From: Chloroflexota bacterium
Lineage (GTDB): Bacteria > Chloroflexota > Limnocylindria > P2-11E
Direction of reading: 5' to 3'
Length of the DNA stretch: 64,000 nucleotides
NCBI GenBank assembly: GCA_038040345.1
Contig: JBBPIQ010000002.1
Coordinates: forward strand, 36,243-100,242
Under the pieces are notes generated by a model, which searched no databases, had not been told where the DNA came from, and was given only the letters and a program-made list of their open reading frames with translations. This document shows, in pieces, positions 57,938-64,000 of this stretch (position 1 is the stretch's first letter; every line of letters begins with the position of its first letter). A program made the translations under genes and the position numbers.

Positions 57938-59908
57938 TCAGCGTGCGACGAGGGCGGCGATGACCAACCCGACGACCAGGAGATAACCGAACGCGGCGTG
58001 GAGCTGGGCCGTCTCGAGGTCGATCATCGCGATCGCGCGCTGCTGACCGGTCGCGCCGAGCTCCGACGAGCGGATCTGCCGGACAAGAAGTGGAAGCGAG
58101 AGCATCGCGAGCAGCGTCCAGGTCGGGAGCAGGTTGAAGACCACTGCCGCGGAGAGCGCGAGGTACGCGCCGACGACGAGCGCGACGTAGAGCCAGTGCG
58201 CGGCCGCGCGCCCGGCTTGCACTGAGAACGTCTTCGCGCCGGCCCGGGCGTCCTCGCTGATGTCGCGCCACTCGTTGCCGTGGAGGATCGCCGCGACGAG
58301 GAGTCCGACCGGGATGCTCGCGGCGACGGCGCGCAGGTCGAAGAGGCCGCTCACCGCATAGAACGACCCGATCACCATGAGCGGCCCCATCAACAGGAAG
58401 ACGAGAGGTATCCCGACCGGACCGAACTTGTACTGGAACGGCGGCGCCGTGTACGTGTAGCCGCCGACAAGGCCGGCGATCCCGAGCGCGACGATCGGCA
58501 AACCGCGCGCGGCCGTGAGGATGAGGCCCATGAGCACCGCGACGCCGAACGCCGCGATCGCGAAGCGGTACGCGGCGCTCTCGGTGATGCGGCCCTTCAC
58601 GATCGCGTGGCTCGCGCGTGGCGAGACGATCGTGTCGACGCCCTTGCGCACGTCGTAGATCTCGTTCGTCACGTTCGTGCCGACGTGCAGCGCGACCGCG
58701 CCGACGAGCGCGGCGAGGAAGAGACCCGGATCGAACGCGCCCGCGACCGCGGCGAGCGCGCCGCCGGCCGCGACGGGAACGGTCGATGCGGTGAACGAGA
58801 ACGGTCGCGCGATCTCCCATAGCGCGCCAAGCTGATCGCGGGTCCGTTGCGTCAACGTTTTGCGCTGCTCCGCGAGCGCGACTCGCGCGGCCGAGCCGAC
58901 CTCGGCGGATCCGTAAAGGACGGCGGCCTCGAGGAGCGCCTGCACCTGCGCCTCCTCCTGCACGACCGGCTGCAGAAGTGGCAGGTCCATTCCGGCCTCG
59001 TGGTAGGCGTGCGCGCGCTCGGCGACTTCGCGACGCGTCCCGCAAAGGATGTACGCGTCGAGCAGCTCGTCGGCGATCAAGGCGCCGGCCCCGGTGTAGT
59101 CCTCGGCGCGCCACTTTGCCGCGATACGGTCGCGGTTCTCGGGTTCGAACCCGGCGCGCTTCAAGGTGACGTCCGAGAGGATGGACATCATGTAGATGAC
59201 GAACGGATCCCGCTTCGCGCGGTTCAGCGCGTCGCGCCGCGTCTCGTCGATGAACGTGAGGAGATAGCCCGCGACGTCGATCGCCTCCGGGTCGCGGCCG
59301 GCTTCGCGCGCGGCGCGTTCCATCACGCGGAGGAGCTTGCGAAGCCCCGGGATCGACTCGGCGGGGCGCGCGAGGTAGCCGTCGCCCTTCTGTCCGGCGA
59401 CGACCATCATCGGTGAGCGGTAGCCGGCGATATAGATAGGTACGCGGTGCACCGGTGGGAACATCGGCTGGATCGGCGGCAGGCCCTGCTTTCCGGCGGG
59501 GATGCGCTCGCCGGCCCAGAGCTGGTGAAGCGTGTCGATCGTGGCGGTCGTCCTCGTGGCCGCCTCATCAGGCGAGTAGGGGATGCCCATCTGCCCCAGG
59601 CGGAGCGGAAGCGCGGAGCCCAGGCCCAAACGAATGCGCGACGGCGCCATCTCATCGAGCGAGCTCACCGTCATCGCGATGAGCACGGGGTGCCGCGTGA
59701 ACGGGTTGAGCGCGCCGAGGCCGACCCCGATCTCTTCGACCTGCGATGCGACCGCGCTCGCGTACGTGACGGCATCTCGCTCGAAGTAGCTGTCGTGGAA
59801 CCAGACCGACTCGAGGCCCGCGGCGCGCGCGCGCTCCGCCCAGCCGACCGCATCGGAGACCTTGCCGCGCGAGGCGAACCCCAGGCCGACGCGACGAGCG
59901 AGCGACAT
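57938..59908 (-). CDS. Fusion of an LLM-class oxidoreductase and a MenA/UbiA prenyltransferase
   Basis: N-half has NPFTRHP, RIRLGLG and PIYIAG; C-half has ARPFSF, NEIYDVRKGVD, YTAPPFQYK and NEWRDISEDARAGAKT. TGATG overlap with gltX. Confidence 0.85.
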   Translation of the reverse strand: MSLARRVGLGFASRGKVSDAVGWAERARAAGLESVWFHDSYFERDAVTYASAVASQVEEIGVGLGALNPFTRHPVLIAMTVSSLDEMAPSRIRLGLGSALPLRLGQMGIPYSPDEAATRTTATIDTLHQLWAGERIPAGKQGLPPIQPMFPPVHRVPIYIAGYRSPMMVVAGQKGDGYLARPAESIPGLRKLLRVMERAAREAGRDPEAIDVAGYLLTFIDETRRDALNRAKRDPFVIYMMSILSDVTLKRAGFEPENRDRIAAKWRAEDYTGAGALIADELLDAYILCGTRREVAERAHAYHEAGMDLPLLQPVVQEEAQVQALLEAAVLYGSAEVGSAARVALAEQRKTLTQRTRDQLGALWEIARPFSFTASTVPVAAGGALAAVAGAFDPGLFLAALVGAVALHVGTNVTNEIYDVRKGVDTIVSPRASHAIVKGRITESAAYRFAIAAFGVAVLMGLILTAARGLPIVALGIAGLVGGYTYTAPPFQYKFGPVGIPLVFLLMGPLMVIGSFYAVSGLFDLRAVAASIPVGLLVAAILHGNEWRDISEDARAGAKTFSVQAGRAAAHWLYVALVVGAYLALSAAVVFNLLPTWTLLAMLSLPLLVRQIRSSELGATGQQRAIAMIDLETAQLHAAFGYLLVVGLVIAALVAR

Positions 59909-61350
59909 CAGGCGCGAACCCCGGCGAGAAGTTCCTGCGCCATCCCGATCCGTTTGAGGCTCTTCTCTTTGCCGAGGACCTCGAGCGATTCGTACAGCGG
60001 AGGTCCGACATCGCGTCCGGTGATCGCGATGCGGATCGCGCCGTTCAGATCCCTCCTCGACCAGCCGAGCTGCTCCGCGAGGCCCTCGAGCGCGGGTTGG
60101 ATCACGGCGCCGGTGAAGGGCTCGAGCTCCGAAAGGACAGCCCGAGCGCGCGCGAGCGCTTCGGCTGTCGAGACCCGGTCGCTCTTTTTCGGGATCAGCA
60201 GCTTGGCCTCGTAGCCGATGTCGTCGGTGAACAGGAAGCGGATCTGGTCTTTCGCATCCTTCAACGTCTTCATCCGCTCCTGGATGTGCGGCGCGATCCT
60301 CGTGAGGATCGCGCGGTCCCACTCGGCCGGCACGAATGGCTCGAGCCGGCGGACGAGCTCATCGACGGATAGCTTTCGGATCCAGACGCCGTTGAAGAAG
60401 TCGAGGCGCTCCTTGTCCCACTTGCCGCCCGCGCTCTGGACCTGCTCGATCTTCCACACGCGGATCAGGTCGTCCATCGAGAACACCTCGTCCTCCGTGC
60501 CGGGCGACCAGCCGACGAGCGCGAGGTAGTTGATCAGCGCTTCGGGGAGATAGCCGTCTTCGCGGAACTGCGATACGGCAGTCGAGCCGTGACGCTTGCT
60601 GAGCTTCTTGCCGTCGGGTCCGAGCACGGACGGGACGTGGGCCATCGGCGGCACGTCCCAACCGAACGCGCCATAGATGAGGAGGTGCTTCGGGACCGAT
60701 GCTACCCACTCGTCCCCTCGCATGATGTGCGAGATCTCCATGACGTGGTCGTCGATCACGACGGCGAGGTGGTAGGTGGGGAAGCCATCCGATTTGAGCA
60801 AGACCTGGTCCTCGATGGTGTCAGCCTGCCACTCGATGTGACCGTGTACCAGGTCGTCGATCGCGAGTGTTCCTTCGTCGGGCGCCTTCAGTCGGATGAC
60901 GTGCGGCTCGGTCTTCGCGCGTTCCGCCGCCTCGGCAGGCGGGATGTTGCGGCAATGCCGGTCGTAGCGGGTGGGCTCCTTGCGCGCTTCCTGCTCTGCG
61001 CGGACGGCGGCAAGCCGCTCCTTCGAGCAGAAGCAGTAGTACGCGGCGCCCTTCTCGATGAGCTCCTGCGCATGCTTCTGGTAAAGCGGAAGCCGCTCCG
61101 ACTGCACGTACGGCGCGTGCGGCCCGCCTTCCTGAGGCCCTTCGTGCCAGCCGATGCCGAGCCAGTGCAGCCCGTCGTAGATCGAGTCGATGGCGCCGGC
61201 GACGAGGCGGTCCTGATCGGTGTCCTCGACGCGCAGGATTAACGTCCCGTCGCGCTGTCGAGCGAAGAGGTAGTTGTAGAGGATCGTGCGCACGCTCCCG
61301 ATGTGGAGGGCGCCGGTGGGGGAAGGCGCGAAGCGCACACGCACGCTCAA
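59908..61350 (-). CDS. gltX: Glutamate--tRNA ligase
   Basis: RFAPSPTG, HIGS, RVEDTD, CFC...YDRHC, PTYHLA and KLSKR. Confidence 0.96.
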   Translation of the reverse strand: MSVRVRFAPSPTGALHIGSVRTILYNYLFARQRDGTLILRVEDTDQDRLVAGAIDSIYDGLHWLGIGWHEGPQEGGPHAPYVQSERLPLYQKHAQELIEKGAAYYCFCSKERLAAVRAEQEARKEPTRYDRHCRNIPPAEAAERAKTEPHVIRLKAPDEGTLAIDDLVHGHIEWQADTIEDQVLLKSDGFPTYHLAVVIDDHVMEISHIMRGDEWVASVPKHLLIYGAFGWDVPPMAHVPSVLGPDGKKLSKRHGSTAVSQFREDGYLPEALINYLALVGWSPGTEDEVFSMDDLIRVWKIEQVQSAGGKWDKERLDFFNGVWIRKLSVDELVRRLEPFVPAEWDRAILTRIAPHIQERMKTLKDAKDQIRFLFTDDIGYEAKLLIPKKSDRVSTAEALARARAVLSELEPFTGAVIQPALEGLAEQLGWSRRDLNGAIRIAITGRDVGPPLYESLEVLGKEKSLKRIGMAQELLAGVRA

Positions 61351-61385
61351 TACGAGGTCAGTTTAGTTCGGTATTCTGGCTATGT

Positions 61386-62054
61386 ATGGCCACCGAGCTG
61401 CGCCGCGATCGGCGCGAGAAACAGAAGCGTCAACGGCAGCGCCAGCCACAGAAGCGGCGCCCGTCGGGCGGAATCGGGAATCAGCTCATCATCGGAGTGT
61501 TCGTCCTGGGGGCGGTCGTCCTCGCGGGCCTCGCGCTGAACGCGGCCGGTGTATTCCAGCCTCCGGCCGCCGCGATCGATCTCAACTCCGCCGACTTCCA
61601 GATTCCCGCCGGCACGACCATCGGCACCCAGGAGCCGTTGCTCCAAGCGGAGCACATCGTGCCGCCGGCGAAGGGCAGCTACAACACGCTCCCGCCGACC
61701 TCGGGCGCGCACTACAACCAGGCCGGCCTCGCGCCTGCGGCTTGGGGCATCAAGGACTCGAATCTGCCGAACGAGGTCACGACGCACAACCTCGAGCACG
61801 GCGGGATCGTGATCGGGTACGCCAACCTGACCCCGGCAGAGACCGATCAGCTGAAGGGCATCGTGCGCGCGCTGACGAACGGCACCTACCGAAAGATCAT
61901 CCTCGAGCCCTACCCGCTGGCCGACGCGAAGGTCGCGCTCACGTCCTGGGGATGGCTGCTGAAGCTACCGAGCGTCGATGAGATCCAGATCGTGCAGTTC
62001 ACGCGATCGCACTACTCGGACCCGAACTTCGCGCCGGAGTGGAACGTCCAATAG
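61386..62054 (+). CDS. DUF3105 domain membrane-anchored protein
   Basis: PPTSGAH, HNLEHGGIVI and ALTSWG. Confidence 0.85.
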   Translation: MATELRRDRREKQKRQRQRQPQKRRPSGGIGNQLIIGVFVLGAVVLAGLALNAAGVFQPPAAAIDLNSADFQIPAGTTIGTQEPLLQAEHIVPPAKGSYNTLPPTSGAHYNQAGLAPAAWGIKDSNLPNEVTTHNLEHGGIVIGYANLTPAETDQLKGIVRALTNGTYRKIILEPYPLADAKVALTSWGWLLKLPSVDEIQIVQFTRSHYSDPNFAPEWNVQ

Positions 62055-62171
62055 CGCAGTAGCGCGCGCGTAGCAGCTCGTACCAAAGTGACCCTACCTC
62101 AGTACCTCCCCGAACTCGCTCCTTCACGGGCGCCTTCGCGCATGCGTTCATAGGGGCGGGAAGGTAGGGAC

Positions 62172-62834
62172 ATGTTTCACCAATTCTTCCTCCATCTGCT
62201 CAAAGCGAAGTTCGACCTCATCGCAGTCGCGAAGATTCCCGCGATCGCCGCACTGTTCGTGCTCGGCACGACCGGTTTCGTCGTGAGCGGGACGATCCAA
62301 GCGAAGGGCGACGACGACGGTGAGCGGATCGTCCACCTGACGATCAAACCGCTCGAGAGCAAGACGTGCGTCGACGCACTCATCGCGCAGACCGAAACGC
62401 TGCTCGAGCTCGACGAGCTCGCCGCTGACGGGATGGGCCAGTTACGACACCTGCGCGATCGCGCGAGCGAGGCTGCCGACGACCAGCACAAGACGCTCGA
62501 TCCCGCGGGCCTCCGCGCCCAGACCGACGCGTCGTCCGCGCGTATCCGTGACGAGCTCACCGCTGCCCGGCAGAAGGTCATGGACGCCGCCGATCTGGCC
62601 AAGTGTCAGGACGGCAACGCCGACACCAGTGTGTCCATCGACGTCAACGCGCTGCGAGCGACGTACGACGGCATCCTTCGGGACTTCGACGCGAAGCTCG
62701 GCGAGATCCTCGATGAGGCGCAGCAGAAGTTCGACGCGCTCGTCGCCGCCGCCCCGACGACGGTCATCACCCCGAGCAAGGAAAAGGACAACGACGGGGA
62801 CCAGGAAGAGGAAGAAGATGACGACGACGACTAA
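62172..62834 (+). CDS. Hypothetical secreted helical protein with an acidic tail
   Basis: SD GGTAGGGA, N-terminal hydrophobic segment and poly-D/E C-terminus. Confidence 0.6.
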   Translation: MFHQFFLHLLKAKFDLIAVAKIPAIAALFVLGTTGFVVSGTIQAKGDDDGERIVHLTIKPLESKTCVDALIAQTETLLELDELAADGMGQLRHLRDRASEAADDQHKTLDPAGLRAQTDASSARIRDELTAARQKVMDAADLAKCQDGNADTSVSIDVNALRATYDGILRDFDAKLGEILDEAQQKFDALVAAAPTTVITPSKEKDNDGDQEEEEDDDDD

Positions 62835-62877
62835 CCCTGTCCCGCACGAACCTTTGCGGAGCGACGACACAATCCGC

Positions 62878-63384
62878 ATGCAGCGCTGGCTCCGACCGCC
62901 GGCCGTCCCGTTGGCGATGGCGTGGTGGCGTCGGCAAGCCCACCCGACCCGTACCGGTCTGGTGGTTGCGGCGGTCTTCGCGTTCGCGGGCACGTTCAGC
63001 CTTTGCGTGAGCTTGACTCGACCCGCTCCGGCTGATGCGGCAAAGGCAGCGAACGCTGCCGCGCTGACGCAGGAGGCATCGGCGCCGGACGCCGGAAAGA
63101 TCTGGGCCGCGACGAAGAACTGGCAGGGGAGCGGTGCCAAGGAGACCGAGACCTTCACCGTGACCGGACACTGGCGCGTGGACTGGATCTTCAGCCCGGT
63201 CTCGTCGACGGGCGTGTTTCAGGTCTACATCTACTCAGCCGATGGCCGGCAGCTCATGAATCTTGCGGCGAACAGTCAGAGGGGCGGTTCAGACACCAGC
63301 TTCTGGGCCGGACCTGGCACGTACTTCCTGAAGATCAACTCGAGCGGTGGTGACTGGAAGGTCGGCGTCCAGGACCTGCACTAG
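62878..63384 (+). CDS. Hypothetical membrane-anchored beta-sandwich protein; start uncertain
   Basis: TM helix followed by WQGSGAKETETFTV...GPGTYFLKINS..WKV. Confidence 0.6.
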   Translation: MQRWLRPPAVPLAMAWWRRQAHPTRTGLVVAAVFAFAGTFSLCVSLTRPAPADAAKAANAAALTQEASAPDAGKIWAATKNWQGSGAKETETFTVTGHWRVDWIFSPVSSTGVFQVYIYSADGRQLMNLAANSQRGGSDTSFWAGPGTYFLKINSSGGDWKVGVQDLH

Positions 63385-63983
63385 TCGCCCCAATACCGCT
63401 CGACTTTCCAGGGGTCGCCGCGATTGTGATAACCGTTGCGCTCCCAGAAGCCGGGCTTGTCGGTCGCGCTGAACTCGATCCCGCGCAACCACTTGGCGCT
63501 TTTCCACGCATACAGAGGCGGCACGACGAGTCGCGCTGGATAGCCGTGCTCGGCTGTGAGCGGCTCGCCGTTTGCGCGCAACGCGATGAGGCAGTCGTCG
63601 CGCAGGCAGTACTCGATCGGGATGTTCGCGGTGAAGCCCTGCTCGCTGTGCGCGATCACGAACTTCGCCTCAGGTAGCGGCTTCGCGAGCTCGACGATCT
63701 TGGCGAAGGGGATGCCTTCCCAATGCTGGTCGAGCCGCGACCACGTCGTGACGCAGTGCATGTCGGCGGTCACCGAGGTCTTGTCGAGCTCCTGGAACTG
63801 CTTCCAGTCGAGCTTGATCTCGTTTGCGACTTTGCCGAACACGCGGAAGTCCCAGCGCTGCGGGTCGAACCGCGGTACCGAGCCGTAATGGAGGACCGGC
63901 CACTTCTCCGTGAGGTACTGGCCCGGAGGCACCCGCGCCGCGATCTCCGTCGGCAGCTCGCTCTTTTTCGTGAAGAACTTCAT
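63381..63983 (-). CDS. Sulfite oxidase-like molybdopterin oxidoreductase (YuiH-like)
   Basis: RVPPGQY, DMHCVTTWS, EHGYPARL, WKSAKW and GFWERNGYH. Confidence 0.92.
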   Translation of the reverse strand: MKFFTKKSELPTEIAARVPPGQYLTEKWPVLHYGSVPRFDPQRWDFRVFGKVANEIKLDWKQFQELDKTSVTADMHCVTTWSRLDQHWEGIPFAKIVELAKPLPEAKFVIAHSEQGFTANIPIEYCLRDDCLIALRANGEPLTAEHGYPARLVVPPLYAWKSAKWLRGIEFSATDKPGFWERNGYHNRGDPWKVERYWGD

Positions 63984-64000
63984 CAACCGAGTCCCGCGGC

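Noticed and set aside
62780-62834. GAC/GAA low-complexity repeat
   Set aside because: It simply encodes the acidic protein tail.

Overview
High-GC bacterial DNA, probably from a soil Chloroflexota-type organism (inferred from gene content, many apparently leaderless genes and an NBR1-Ig/RlpA protein). Most of the window is ordinary metabolism: peptidases, ABC transporters, a lipase and beta-oxidation cluster (fadE/fadJ/fadI/fadD-like), a LOG/beta-CASP/phosphoesterase/ParB-like cluster, hisC, hisA and gltX. The exception is an accessory region at about 35-50 kb that ends at a tRNA-Gln(CTG) gene (49996-50067, minus strand). It contains an intact Xer-like tyrosine recombinase and two extra copies of the tRNA 3' end, indicating tandem integrations. 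A set of palindromic ACCTGAY-N5-RTCAGGT sites copies the tRNA anticodon stem-loop and falls between the cargo genes. Tandem 20-bp direct repeats of the same half-site sit beside the att site. A probably inactive recombinase paralogue is fused to a HEPN-like (Ymh/TIGR02391) domain. A 17-nt sequence at the far end of the element is complementary to the hairpin covering the integrase ribosome-binding site. Together these suggest a possibly undescribed tRNA-anchored, integron-like or dif-module-like cassette system. All protein calls come from motif recognition by eye; no database searches were run.
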